From Fonticula alba ATCC 38817 (taxonomy: Eukaryota > Protista > Nucleariida), in NCBI GenBank assembly GCA_000388065.2, contig KB932201.1: a DNA stretch of 64,000 nucleotides; one strand, 5' to 3'. The notes below the pieces were generated by a model, which saw only the letters and a program-made list of their open reading frames with translations, did not search any database and had not been told where the DNA came from. The translations under genes and the position numbers were made by a program. This document shows positions 1 through 12,468 of the stretch, one piece after another (positions within the stretch are counted from its first letter, which is position 1; every line of letters starts with the position of its first letter).

Positions 1-1
1 C

Positions 2-139
2 CAGTTCCTGGAGATGTTCTACCCGAATGCCGTGAAGAACTTCGCCTACAACTGGATCGGCGTCAGCGGCTTCCTGGTCGTTATCTCGGCCATCGCCGTC
101 TTCTTGGTCGCCTTCGACCGGACGAGGGTCACCAGCTAG
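2..139 (+). CDS. 3' end of a membrane protein that begins upstream of the window
   Basis: Frame 2 reads QFLEMFYPNAVKNFAYNWIGVSGFLVVISAIAVFLVAFDRTRVTS then TAG (137-139). It has a hydrophobic TM-like helix and C/G-ending codons typical of the other genes here. Confidence 0.6.
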   Translation, partial: QFLEMFYPNAVKNFAYNWIGVSGFLVVISAIAVFLVAFDRTRVTS

Positions 140-1082
140 TTGTGTGCCTCCCCGCGATGCGAGGGGGTGTCCCGGGAAACGGGGCGATATTATGGTCCCA
201 GTTTACCTGGCGTCAAACCCGCGTACCATCCTCCCGCCGGCTCTTTCTTTCGCGCGCGCACCGTCTTGCTATGTCCCTCGGGTGGCATGTTGCACACGCC
301 GGTAGGGGTGAGGAAGACCGGGGGGGGGGGGGTGGAGGAGGGGAGACGCCTCACATCCCGATTTTCCAGAGGGGGGGACCCCCCATAGATTGATTGCCGG
401 CGCCGCCCCTCCCACCCCCCCACCCCCCCCTCCCCCCTGGCATGACAAAATGCGAACCTATGCGGGTGATTGCCCCATTCCCAGGGCACGCAGTCGGCCA
501 CGCGGGACATTGTGCCGGATGCCGTCAGAAGCGCACGCCATCACACCACGAGGAACAGCGCGAAGAGCCTCATGATGATCTCATGATAGCCAACAGAATT
601 TTTGTGTAGATCTACCACTATAGAAAGCGATGCAAGAGGAGGAGTCTGAGAAAAGCCAGGGCGTAGCGGGGGGGAGGAAGGAGGAGAGCGGCCGTGTGCC
701 CGCGAGCATGCATTAGGTGTGTTAGGCAGGCGAGAAGGGTGCAATGCAAGCGACATGCACTGGCCTCAAGGGAATCCCTCGTCATATGGCCCCACCGCAA
801 TAGACCTCTTCCTTCTCTCCAGATGTGTGTGCCCGTAAACTTCACCAAAAGGAAGCATGGTCGCATTCCATCGTCGACAGACATTGGAAGGCACCGGAGG
901 AGAAGGAAGATCAACAAAGAAAGTCCAGGGAAATGTGTCCTGAGCAGGGCTTGCAATAGATACTCGAGCGCCGCTTTGGTCCTGCACCGGAACTGATGGG
1001 GCTGGTGGGGACGGAGATAGAAGAGGACATGAGAGGGATGGTGCGGGAAAAAGGAAAGGGGGTGGGGGGAAGAGGAAAGGAA

Positions 1083-1083
<1 letters not shown>

Positions 1084-1147
<64 letters not shown>
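1084..1147 (+). repeat. (TG)n-(GA)n compound microsatellite
   Basis: Directly visible dinucleotide runs. Confidence 0.9.
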
Positions 1148-1150
<3 letters not shown>

Positions 1151-1401
1151 ACACACACATGGAGCATAGGCCCTCCTCAATGGGTGCCATGATTGATGAG
1201 AGAAAGATCGCCCGAATAGCGGGCATTTAGCCCACATGCACGGCCACACATGCCAACGAAAGAGGCGCCAATCGAACACAGCAACCCCCGAACTGCGTCC
1301 GACCCCTCTGGCCTTTCGGCGCGCACCGAATTGGATAGGACCCTCTGTGCGGCCGCGTGTCTGCATGTTCGTGTGCGAGTGCGTGGGGGGGGGGCGGGAC
1401 A

Positions 1402-1402
<1 letters not shown>

Positions 1403-1477
<75 letters not shown>
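1403..1477 (+). repeat. Poly-G homopolymer of about 75 nt
   Basis: Uninterrupted G run upstream of the RBM5/10-like gene; the exact length may be unreliable. Confidence 0.85.
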
Positions 1478-1479
<2 letters not shown>

Positions 1480-1710
1480 GCACAGCCTGCAAGGCGACTA
1501 GCACGGCAGCCCATGTTCAGAGGAGCAGATGCGAAGCCACCCCCTCATCAGGGCCCACGGCGTCGAGGGCGCATCACAGGAACCACCCCAATTACCGCCC
1601 TCCCCACATTCGTCCCCCTCCCTCCCCCGACCACCTGTGCCTTTCTTCGCCAACCCCCTAATCGCCCCCTTGACGGTCAGCCATTCGCCTCACCGAGTCC
1701 ACATTTCGGG

Positions 1711-4431
1711 ATGCCATACCCCGTCGATCTCCGCGACAAGTATCGGCCCCTGCCGGAGCATGACTCCCCGCGCCGGCTCGGGCGCCGCAGGGACGGCGGC
1801 TCCCGTGGGCGGCGGGGAGAATCGCCGTCGCCGGACCGCCGTGACCGATCGTGGTCTCGCTCGCGCTCGCGCTCGCGCTCTCGCAACCGTTCCCGGTCAA
1901 GATCCTGGTCTCCCTCTCGGCGTCGGTCCCGGTCTCGGTCCCGGTCCCGGTCCCGGTGTCGCTCGCGTTCTTGGTCCCGCTCGCGCTCCCGGTCCCGGTC
2001 CAGGTCCTGGTCGCCACGCCGGTACAGACGTCGGGACTATTCACGGTCGCCATCGCGGTCGCCATCGCCCGAGCGCGGCCGCCGGTATCGGGGCCCGTCT
2101 CGGCGATACCATCGCTACCGGTCACCTACTCCGCCGCCACTGGTACATGATTTGCCATGCGCCCCGTCACTGGCCGTGGGCCGCTCGCTGACCATCTCGC
2201 CTTTCCCTTGATGGGCCCCCATCCCGCGGGTTCAGTTCAAGAGCTTGAATTCGCGGAGCATGCTCCTGATCGGGCTGCCCGCCATGTGGGAGGAGGAACA
2301 GGTTCGTCAGGACTGCCCATCGCCCACCGGCCAATATGTTTGCTGTTTTCTCACCTACGCACACACACACACACACACAGGTTGCCTATCATTTGAACTC
2401 CCTGGGCGTGTCTGATTGGGTGGACCTGATCGTTGAGCGCACGCTTGTTGGTATGCTGCCGCCATTTTGCCCGGAACCGACCCCCCCCCCCCCCCTCGAC
2501 CCATGCTTCCTGGCACACTAACGCGCATTCAGGTGTCCCTACCGGACGAGCTGTCTTGCACATGCGCTCTGTCCACCAGGCCCAGGATTTGTATGATGCC
2601 TGGGCCGATTCGGGGGCCCTCGGCCCCGACTGGGTTTTCCGCCAAATTGACGCCATCTCGCCCGACTCCAAGCTGTACCACATGTCCTCGGAGGACTTCC
2701 CCTCCGAACCGTGGCGCTGCTTCCGGGTGCGTGACAGGCTCCCCGGGCCGTGACCGGTGGGGCGGCAGGACCACAAGCACACCATCCAAGCCATGACTGA
2801 CTGCTCACCCACTGGCTCCATCTCCCACAGTGTAGCACCCAAAACATCCGCTGGGCCCAAGCTTGCGTCAACTGCCTTACAACTCTGCAGCAAAGCAACA
2901 TCGAGCGAGCCGCCTCCAACCAGGAGGCCATGCTGGCTCTCGATGACCGAGGCGCCCACGGCGGCGCGGATGTCCTCATCAACGACGGGTCTCGCGACGC
3001 CTGGCCCGAGCCCACCTCCTTTGTCCTGCTCATGGGCCTGGATGTTTTGTCAACCCAGGAACAGGTACTTTGCCAGCTCGGTCCTCGCGGCAGGGTCGGG
3101 CATGCTCGAGAGGGAAAGAAAAAGCCCCGACCCTGGGGCAACATGCTGGCCCTTTGGCGTGCGAATCTGACCCCGTCTCAACTGTCGCCCAGATCTGCGA
3201 GTCCCTGCGCCCCTTCAACATCCCAGTCAAGGCGGTTTTCCTGGCGCTCGACATTACCACTCGGACATCAGCTGGCTTTGCCGTTGTGGAGTTCCCCTCG
3301 GTTGATGTGCGCTGGGTTTTGTTGGGGGCTTTTTTTCTGCTCTTTTCCGGCTCTTCCTCCTCACTCACCCATCGCGCTCTGCCTGCCTCCACTGACTCTG
3401 ATGATGGACTCCCCCTGCCCTTCTAGCATGCCTCGGGACTCATTTCTCAGACACATAGCCTGGATATCAGCGGGAAGTCTGTCAGCCTTTACTTTGCCAA
3501 TCCCCAGTGCGTCCTGCCGATTGCCGTCCTCCTTCCAACTCGCTCCTTCTTTGTCTCCCCCCGCCCGCCGGTCAGGGCCACTTTGCTGACTCTCTGCACA
3601 ACCTCGCCCCGGCTGCTCGAGCATAGATTTGCCTTTTGCTCGGAAGGCGGCCAATACTGGGACCCATCGCTGGTGATGGAGCCCTTCCGTCCACTGACCT
3701 CCAGTGTCATGGCCGCCGACCCGGGGGCAGCGGCTATCGCGGCCGATCCGGCGCCCGGCTTCACCAATACCCCAGCCCAGGGGTCGGTCTTGCCCGAGGA
3801 CACGGCCTCGGCTGCGACCGACGGCCAGGCTGCCGGGGGTGCCCACGATTTCGAGGCCGACTTTGCCCTCCTTTGCGCGGACTTGGAGTCCAATCTGCCA
3901 CTGCTGACTGAAGGGGCTGCCAGCCACGAACTTGCCCCTAGGCCCGACTTGGAGCCCGAACCCGAGCCCGAGCCCGAGCCGGAGTCCGAGCCGGAGCCCG
4001 AAGACTTGGAGGAGCTCGAACGCCTTTCCGAGCCTTGTGCCAGCTATTCCGTGCGTTGACTTTTGACTCCTCTCTGGTGGCCCTCTGCTCTTCCCGCCCC
4101 GCTCACCCTCTCATCCTCTTGGTGCCCCTCTCCTGACTGCTCAACTCATCTGCCTCCTCTGTTGCCAAAGGCCCTGCCACCGGACCCCTTCGACTTTATC
4201 GATGCCCAACGGGCCATATGTTGGCTTTGTCGGACATCCTTTGTCCAGGAGCTGCCCGAGGATCTGGACACCTTTGAGGCGCCCGAGGAGGTTTGGCCGA
4301 GGCTGGTGGAGCACGTCCGTCATAGCCGCCTTCATCGGGAACGTTTCCAGGAGTTCACCCAAATCGCGCACGGCCTCGCCCTCAGCGGTGGGATAGCCAT
4401 GCGCGTCGGCCCGCCAAAGGGATCGTCATGA
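1711..4431 (+). CDS. RBM5/RBM10: RBM5/RBM10-like splicing regulator (RS domain, RRM1, RanBP2 zinc finger, RRM2, C2H2-like finger); multi-exon
   Basis: ATG at 1711 is followed by an RS-repeat exon (donor 2143). The spliced product gives RRM1 (SRSMLLIGLP...PTGRAVLHM). A RanBP2 finger W-R-C-F-R-C-STQ-N-IRWAQA-C-VN-C is split by an intron. Then INDGSRDA..PTSFVLLMGLD and RRM2 RNP1 SAGFAVVEF. A C-terminal finger FIDAQRAICWLCRTSF...HVRHSRLH resembles the RBM5 LACLLCRRQF...H...S.LH finger. Stop at 4429-4431. Confidence 0.85.
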
Positions 4432-4673
4432 TGCTGCTGTGCCACCCTCGAAAGGGGTTTCTAGAAATGTGTCAAATGTACACGTGTCTTGTGCAATCCT
4501 CCTTCGCTCCGTAACGGGAGGACCCAGCAGGAGGCGACAGGCCAGCCCCATGAGCAGAAGGGAGGTACACTTACAAGGGGAGGGGGAGGGAGGCGGGGGA
4601 AAGGGGGAGAGAGAGAGAGAGAGAAAGCGACATCGAGAGGCATGGGCGAAGAGGGTGACGCTCCATGTGGCGG

Positions 4674-6544
4674 CTAGCCAAATAGGCTGGCCATGCTTTG
4701 ACCGGCATCCTGCTGATCAGCCTGCTCGAGCAGGTGGTCCGACAGCTCGCGAGCGGCCAGACGTGCGGTTCGAATGAAAAGCTTCTCCGGCAGGGCAGTG
4801 ATCTTGGCATTCGCGCGGAACATCTCACTCATCTCGCGCCCGACCATGGGGGCGAAGAATTGCCGAACGGCGGTGCGCTGCCGGGGCTTCGAGGCAGCCG
4901 CCCGGCGGAGGGCCTCCTCCAGGTCAGGCAGAGAGAGGGACACCCCGGCGGCCATCGCCGCGGCGGACACCGTCTGACGGCAAGTATCCAACAGCAAGCC
5001 GTCATCAGGCCCGGCGGCGACGCCGGCCGCGTAGACGCTCGTCAGCAAGGCCACGGCGTCCGTTTGGTTTGGCACCAGGAAGGGGTTATGAAGGGTGCTG
5101 AGCGCCGCTTGGATGAGCCCCTGAGCGATGCCAGGCCAATAGGGCGGTCGGTGCGCCTGACACCATGAGACCAAGGCCTCCAGGGAATTGAGGCACACCT
5201 TTGAGCAGCGGCCATCTCGCCACTCGGCACACCCGGCAATCAGGCAAGTGACCACCGCCCTCGAGGCGGCCGGATCCGACAGCAGCATGCGTGCCATCTC
5301 GGCCGGGGAAGCCGGGGCTGAACATTGCCCCAAGCCAGCGGGGAAGAGACCGGGGGGGGGGGGGCGAGGGGCAACCGTTAGTAGGGAACTACAAGCAGGC
5401 ATGGCGATGGAGGAAGGGGCTGAGGCGAGACAACAAGACGGTGCCATGTCATACCATGGGGCGCAGGGGCCGACTCCGGCGCAGAAACAGCGCCCGGTCC
5501 GATGAGTGAGGCCATCCACTCGACAAAGGCCCGGCTCAAATTGACGACGATTTTGAGCTCGATCACCGTGTCAGACAGATTCCCAAGATCCACGTCTTCC
5601 GGGAAGTCCCCCTGACCGGCATCATCCAGGAAGCTCATGTCGTCGCTGCATCCGGCAAGAGGCAAAGGTTAGCGGGGGGGGGGACGGGGGCTGGGGGCGA
5701 GGGAAGACGGGAGGGGGACGGGGGCTGGGGGCGAGCCGGCCGAAGGGCCACAAGAAAGCTGGCCGGGCGGCAGTGGATGGGCAGCCGACGCACCCCTCAG
5801 TAACCGAGGGCAGAGCCGGGCTTAGGCGCTGCCAGTCGCTGGTGATTCGCCCCCCGATGAAGGTGACGAACGGGCCCAGGGAGGGGAGGGCCACCTGGCG
5901 CAATTGCTCACTGGATGGCGCCTGCTGGAGGAAGCCCCGCGCAAAGAGCAGGATCATATGCCGGAGGAAGCGTCCATCCAGATGCTGGAGCAGGTCCGGC
6001 CGGAAGATGTATTCATGCATCCCTTGCACCAGCATCGGCGTGTCATAGAATATGGATCCGGTGCCAACGAGCTGCGCCAGGAAGTTGTAGCTGCGCAGGT
6101 GCCGCGAGTCAGCATCGGGCAGGGCGAGTCGCAAGTGGGGTGAGAAACGACACGGGCCGGGCGTACCACAGTAGCGGCTTGTGAGAGGTCAGCAGTCGGA
6201 CCGAGTCGACCAGATTCTCGAAAAGATACCGGCGGCCCTGGTAATCATCATCCTTGTACTCGGACACGGTCGAGTGGCCTGAGTGTGAGCGGGCCAAAAG
6301 AGAAGCGAAGTAAAGGAGGGGGGCGGAGGCCGATGTCAGGGGACACATTGGGCGCATTGAAGGGGCGCTGGAAGAGGAAGGAAGGCTTTGGACAAACCCA
6401 TCAATTGAGATTTTTCAAGTTCGCTCAGCTGGAGGATCGGATCGCGGATAGCCGGTGCGATCGCCTCCCAGGAAGCCGGATCACGGATGGCGTGGAGACA
6501 CCTGCAGGCCATGTCAGCGGAGAAAAGCATGCACGGGGGGGATG

Positions 6545-6598
<54 letters not shown>

Positions 6599-9500
6599 AC
6601 GGATGTGTTGACATTCGTGATGCAAGAAACCAGGGGATCCACGAACCGGACCAGGGAGAAGAGCGGCGGAATCATAGCTGGAATCCAGGACGCCAGTGGG
6701 TGAGCGGATCCGGGAGGAGCGTTCTTGTTGACGGGGGCGGAGGCGGGTCACGACTTGTGTCAGAAAGCAACAGGAGAGGGGGAAAAGCAGGGCGCAAGGC
6801 CTGCCAAAGAAGGAACAAAGGCAGGTACCCTGACGAAGGAGGACTCATTGACTCGGCGAAGAATGGACGTCAATAGCGACAGAGAGAGGAACACCCGCCG
6901 ACGCTCGGCGACAAGCTTCTGCCAAGAACGCTGGATGGAGGGATCTGTCTCGGCGGATTGTGCCGTTCCGGTTGCAACTGATCCAAAGTGGTCAGTAAAG
7001 GGGGGGTGGGGGGGGAGAAAAACAAACGACAGCGGCAAGTGGCGAGGAGGAAAGGGACACACCCAGACCGTTGAGGAAGGAAATGCCCAGGAATGTGAAG
7101 AAGCTTTCGGTCGAGGAGAGATGCGCGCCGGTGGTTGGGCTGGTCCAGATTGCCAGCTGGTCCTGCAGCAGCGAGCCAATCAGGGCGCCGAATTGCGCAC
7201 GATCGGGGTGGTGCAGGCTGTCCAGGAAGCGGGCCGATGACGGGAGGAAAGATCACGACCCAGGAGGCAAGGCGGAGGGGGAGGTCAATGTGACTGAAGA
7301 GACCAAACAAATGCAAGCCCGGAGGCAGGAGCAAAGAGCAGGCACACACCCGATGACAATGATAGACTCGGTCAGGAGAGTCTGCTCGGCATCATTGACC
7401 AGCTGCTGGCTGACAAGCCGACCAACCTGATCGAGCAGCGATCCAAAGAGGGGCTGCCGTTTGAAACATCGAGGAGGAGCAGAGCGAAGAAGCAGGGCGG
7501 GGGAAGAAAGGGAAGGAGAGTTAATGAGGACCCACCGCGAACGACCGCTTCCGGAAGAGCACTTTGGAGATCGGAGGAGGGGAAGGACACGGGGGAACGA
7601 GGAAAGGCACACACCACCAACGACATGGGGATATCAAGGGCCAAGCGGAGGAGAGAGCTGCAGGCCTTTCGGCGGACAGCCAACACATCCTCCGACACAC
7701 GCCAGTCATCGGTGGCAATGGCACCGGTCTCATCGCCCCGAGCAAAGGTCACCATTTCGAAGAACTATCCCGCCCCCGGAGCCAACGGCGCGAGGCCGCG
7801 GTTAGATGGTGATGTCGGCGTGGGACAAGGGAAGGGCAGGAGGGGGACAAGCGGGCGGGCGCGGGAAAGCAAAGCAAAAAGGCGCACATAATTCAACACC
7901 GGCGGCAGCATCGCCGCATCCAGGGCCAGCAGACGGTGGAAGGGCGGGTGCAGGCCCAACAAACGAGTGAGAATGTGAGGGCAGCGGGTTTGGAGACGGA
8001 GAGCCGCTTGGTGCTGGGAAGTCAACAAAGACCGGCACCCGGCCCGGATGTCAGCCGACAAGGAAACGCCAACCGGCGGCTGGACGAAGTGCGACTCACT
8101 CAGGGGAGTCATCGGCAGGTGGATAATTTGCCCGGGCTCATCCTTGACAGCGGAGGAGCCATCCTGGAAGATGGCCGGGCTCAGGCCCAAGACACAGGTT
8201 TCCAAAAAGGAAGAATACCCCTCCCACATGATGGGATCCGGCGTGTAGAGGCCAAGGGTGGGATCTATATCCCGCGGGCCAGGGAGAAAGAGAGAGAGAG
8301 AGAGAGAGAAGGAGGGAAGGAGGGAAGGAGCAGGAGGAGGAGGAGGGGGAGATGAGGGTAAGTAATGAATCATCACCGTGTCGGAGCGGCATACAGGGCT
8401 CGAAGTACCAGCAAGATTCGTCCGGGCCAGGCGGTCAAGGATTTCGCCACACACCTGGATAGTGGACATGGGCTAGATCGGGCAGGGGGGGTTAGAAAGC
8501 ATCCGGGCGCGCGCCGCCAACAGGACAGGCGAAGCGAGAAAAGAGGCCAGGGACACGGGGACAAAGAGGACGCACTGTCACCTGGGACAGGGTGCGGATG
8601 ATATCGTGCACCGACTGCCGGTAGACCGAGAAGAAGCTCTGGAACTCGGAAGTCGAGTCGAAGTCCGCATCTGAGTAGGCGGTTGCCAGGCACCAGTCCC
8701 GGTGCAATGTGGTCGGCGCCAGGCCAGTCCCCGGGACCAGGACAGGGAAGAGACAGCTTCCGCTGAAGGGATTTGGTGCGGCCAAAGCCCCGGTGGCATC
8801 CGGGACATTGGCATCCGGGTCGCCAATCTGTGGGACAATGCATGCGTACAGCCTGTCAGGGGGGCGACAAAGCGGGGCAGGGAGCGGAGAGGCAAATGGC
8901 GCGGCAAGAGAGGAGGGGCGAGAGGGCGGGGAGGGGGGGGGGAGGGGGAGTCGGCCAAAAGGAGCATCTTCGAGCGCAAAAGAAAGGAAGAGCCCGAACC
9001 TTGAAAACCTTGTCAGCAGCGCCACAAGCCAGGCCCGGCAGGAGGGGGGTGATTCTGCCAATGACCGTGACCACCGACGGCGACAGAACGGGGCCCTGGC
9101 CGCCGAGGGCCTGGGCCAGGGCTCGCAACGCAGCCAGCCAATACTGAGAAAGCATGGACGACACCAGCCGGCTCGGGTGCGCGAACAGATCAAGGGCCAA
9201 AAGGTGGAACTCGTCGATACGCGAGCTGGTCAACGCGCTGGACGAGGGGGCCGGCGCCGGGGGCAGATCAACCGACGACTTGACCAGGAGATGGTTGAGG
9301 CCGAAATTGCACAGGACCTGCGGGCGAATGGACGGGGCCGTGTCAGCAGACAGCGCCGGACGAGGTCCCGAAAGCAGGGCCAACGAAGGGAAGCAAAGCC
9401 AAGTGGGCGCATGATGGATGACATACCATGGCGATGCGCTTCTCAAACAGGTAGCCCGGGCTATCGGGGTCGGTGGCTCCGCCGGCGCGATAGATGGCCA

Positions 9501-11170
9501 GACACTGGCGCAAAAGTGGAAGCTCGTCCAGCAAGCGGAGGAAGCCATGACGTGCGTCCTCACCCGGATGCAGGAGAGCCGCCTGGTCGGGCGTGACGCT
9601 GGGCGACAATTTGCGCGTCGACAGCAAGAGGAGAACATCGGTGGCGGCCTTCCAGGAGCATGGAGAAAGACAGGTGGGAAGGTGAGGCTGCGTCAGCATG
9701 AGGCACAGGGGGGAAAGGGAGGCACATCGACAGGCGGGGAGGGCAAACGCACCCGGCTGAGGCTGGTCTCCTGTGTCGAGGCGAGGATGGTGGACGTGGA
9801 GATGTCAGCCGCAAGGACCAGGGCTCGGCAAATGAGCCCGACAATGTTTTCCGGCCGGGGGTGCTTGTTGTCGGGCCCGGCGGGCCGCGAGTCAGCCAGA
9901 TCCCGGAAGAGCAGCGGCGAGGGCACCCAGGGGGCATAGGCGGCCAGAACCCCGAGCAGGGCAAGCGCCATGCGATAGTGCGTGTCGGCGGTGGCGCGGA
10001 GGTCCGGGGTTGTGCCAAGTGGACCGGCAGCCAAGATCCCGGCATATGCGGACAGATGATTGCTCAGCATGCCTCCAAGCGAGCTCATCACCCGGTCGGC
10101 GGTGGCAATCTGCGCCGTGCATCTGGGGTTAGTGGAGGCAAGCGGCGACGGCGACAGCGGCGGCTTAAGGGACTGGTTGGGCGGGAACACACCATGCCCT
10201 GCATGAGATCGCGCCGACGGCTGGCATCGATGGAGGCCAGGGCCGAGGACGCCCCCTCGTATGTATCAAAAACATCTTGGCCCATGCAGCGGAGGACGCC
10301 GAGCGACAGCTCGGCTTGGGTGGGCTAACAAGCGCCCAAGTGAGCAGGAGCCCAGGTGAACATGGCCAGCAGAAAGTCAACATCAAAGGGCAGGGCAAGC
10401 AGCGAGCAGGTGGTGGTCACATACGCCCAAGGCAAAAAGCTCCTCCAATTGGGGGAAAAGATCGGGCCAGCTCTGGGGCCATTGACGCCGGGCCAGGTCC
10501 GCCGCGCATTGGACCAGCTTTTCCCGGATGTAGGCAGGCTCCTCCAGAAGAGGTGCGGTTCCCTGGACATTGGTTCGATCGGCCAGGGTGGTTAATACGG
10601 GCCACGAAAGCATCGGAAGGAGAAAGTGCGCGCACGGGGGGAGGAGGGCGAGGGCAGAAGTGAGAAGAGTAACACACCGAACGCATCAGCGACAGAACGC
10701 CAGCTTGTAGGGCTCCGCGCTCGGCATCGGTCAGGCTCGTCCAGCGGTCACTTCGAATGGCCGACTCGAGAATGTGCAAGCCGAAGTGCCGGAGGTGCAG
10801 ATTGGACGCCAGCCCGGAGAAGGCCGCGAAGGCTAGGGCCTGGTCGAGGGGCGCCGTGCGCTGGTATTGGTCCAGAAACTGGACAGCGGGCGACAAGTTG
10901 ACGGCAACATCAGCGGATGGTCAGACGGGGATGTGACACCCCGGCAAAAGGGGGAGAGCATCACGAACAAAGAAGGGGGGAGGGGCGCACCTCGTTGGCC
11001 GCACGCCGGTCAGTGTTCGACGATGTCGGGGCATAGACCACCGTAAGAGCCGCGCAGATTTCTGGTCCTGAGTTAGATGCAAGGAATGTGCGTGCGCGCG
11101 TGCGTGCGCGCGTGCACGTGCGAAGAAATAGGTGCGGGACACCGGCGAACGCACGATCGGTGATGCTCAT
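4674..11170 (-). CDS. XPO5: Exportin-5 / Msn5-like karyopherin; multi-exon
   Basis: N-terminal exons read EICAALTVVYAPTSSNTDRRAANE and LHLRHFGLHILESAIRSDRWTSL (IBN_N-like). Next is EPAYIREKLVQCAADLARRQWPQSWPDLF (Xpo1 domain), then a helical HEAT-like body. The C-terminus FFAPMVGREMSEMFRANAKITALPEKLF...MASLFG* matches the XPO5 tail pattern. Start ATG at 11170 is inferred. Confidence 0.85.
6549..6597 (+). repeat. (TG)n microsatellite in an XPO5 intron
   Basis: About 24 TG units. Confidence 0.9.
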
Positions 11171-11978
11171 CTTGCTTCCTCGATGTCTCCCTGGGTGTGG
11201 GGAAGCAGGCTATCCCGGCGGCGGGGTGGCGAGAGCGTAGGAGAGGGACCGGGGCAGGGAAGCACGGAAAGAAGCGGGACGGCGAGGTGGCCTGGGCGAG
11301 GGGTCCCCCGTAGGCGAGAGCACAGCAAGAAGGATGACAGAAAGCACAAAGGGGGGGGAGAGGGGGAACAGTATGGCCGAATGGGGGCGCCGGGCTTCAA
11401 GAGGGCCAAGGGGGGTGTCTAAAAAGAGGCCAGTGCGATCTACATCCAGACTGCCTAGACCCGCGCCACAATCCACCAAAAGTCACACGGACAATGCCTG
11501 TCCCCCGTTCTCTGTGCCTCTCTCTCTCTCGCTCTCTCGCGGCGCGCGTTGTCTCCTCGCCCGAGCGGGGGGACGTGCGCTCAGGCCGGGTCGGATCGCG
11601 CCGATGCCCGATCCGTGAAAAGCGGCGACATGGCCGCCGACACGTGTGTCGCAATGCGTGAGTGTGATCGCGACGTGATCACTGCCCCAATATACGCGTG
11701 GGGTTCGTGGCATCTTCCCTTCGCTGGCAGGGGCTCGTTACTTCCCACCATTCTCCGGCGGGGCGGGGGGTTGCTCCGTGAACCGGCCAGCCGGCGGGCG
11801 TGCGGGGCAAGGGGGGGGGGGGGGGCGGGGAGAGAGGCCGAGGCGCGGCGCGTCTCCTTGGCCCGGCTCCGCGAGAGGGCGGTAAAAATGGTCGCCTCCG
11901 CGGCACTGGGCGCCGAGGCCCCCGGCCTTTCTCTTGCGCTGGGAGGGAAGGCGGGAAATATGGACCGATCGGAGGCCG

Positions 11979-12468
11979 NNNNNNNNNNNNNNNNNNNNNN
12001 NNNNNNNNNNNNNNNNNNNNNNNNNNNNNNNNNNNNNNNNNNNNNNNNNNNNNNNNNNNNNNNNNNNNNNNNNNNNNNNNNNNNNNNNNNNNNNNNNNNN
12101 NNNNNNNNNNNNNNNNNNNNNNNNNNNNNNNNNNNNNNNNNNNNNNNNNNNNNNNNNNNNNNNNNNNNNNNNNNNNNNNNNNNNNNNNNNNNNNNNNNNN
12201 NNNNNNNNNNNNNNNNNNNNNNNNNNNNNNNNNNNNNNNNNNNNNNNNNNNNNNNNNNNNNNNNNNNNNNNNNNNNNNNNNNNNNNNNNNNNNNNNNNNN
12301 NNNNNNNNNNNNNNNNNNNNNNNNNNNNNNNNNNNNNNNNNNNNNNNNNNNNNNNNNNNNNNNNNNNNNNNNNNNNNNNNNNNNNNNNNNNNNNNNNNNN
12401 NNNNNNNNNNNNNNNNNNNNNNNNNNNNNNNNNNNNNNNNNNNNNNNNNNNNNNNNNNNNNNNNNNNN
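11979..12468. other. Assembly gap (one of seven; others about 18669-18871, 20160-20548, 24979-25123, 41295-41349, 48884-48994, 63722-63841)
   Basis: N runs, nearly all bordered by G or C homopolymers. Confidence 0.99.

Noticed and set aside
911-1226. Possible small minus-strand gene ending IYCKPCSGHISLDFLC*
   Set aside because: It has a CxxC and a plausible intron, but I could not build a convincing phase-consistent model or recognise a family.
1837-2110. Repetitive CGCTCG/CGGTCC DNA resembling a tandem or CRISPR-like array
   Set aside because: It is explained by the RS dipeptide coding region. There are no constant repeats with unique spacers and no cas genes, and the DNA is eukaryotic.
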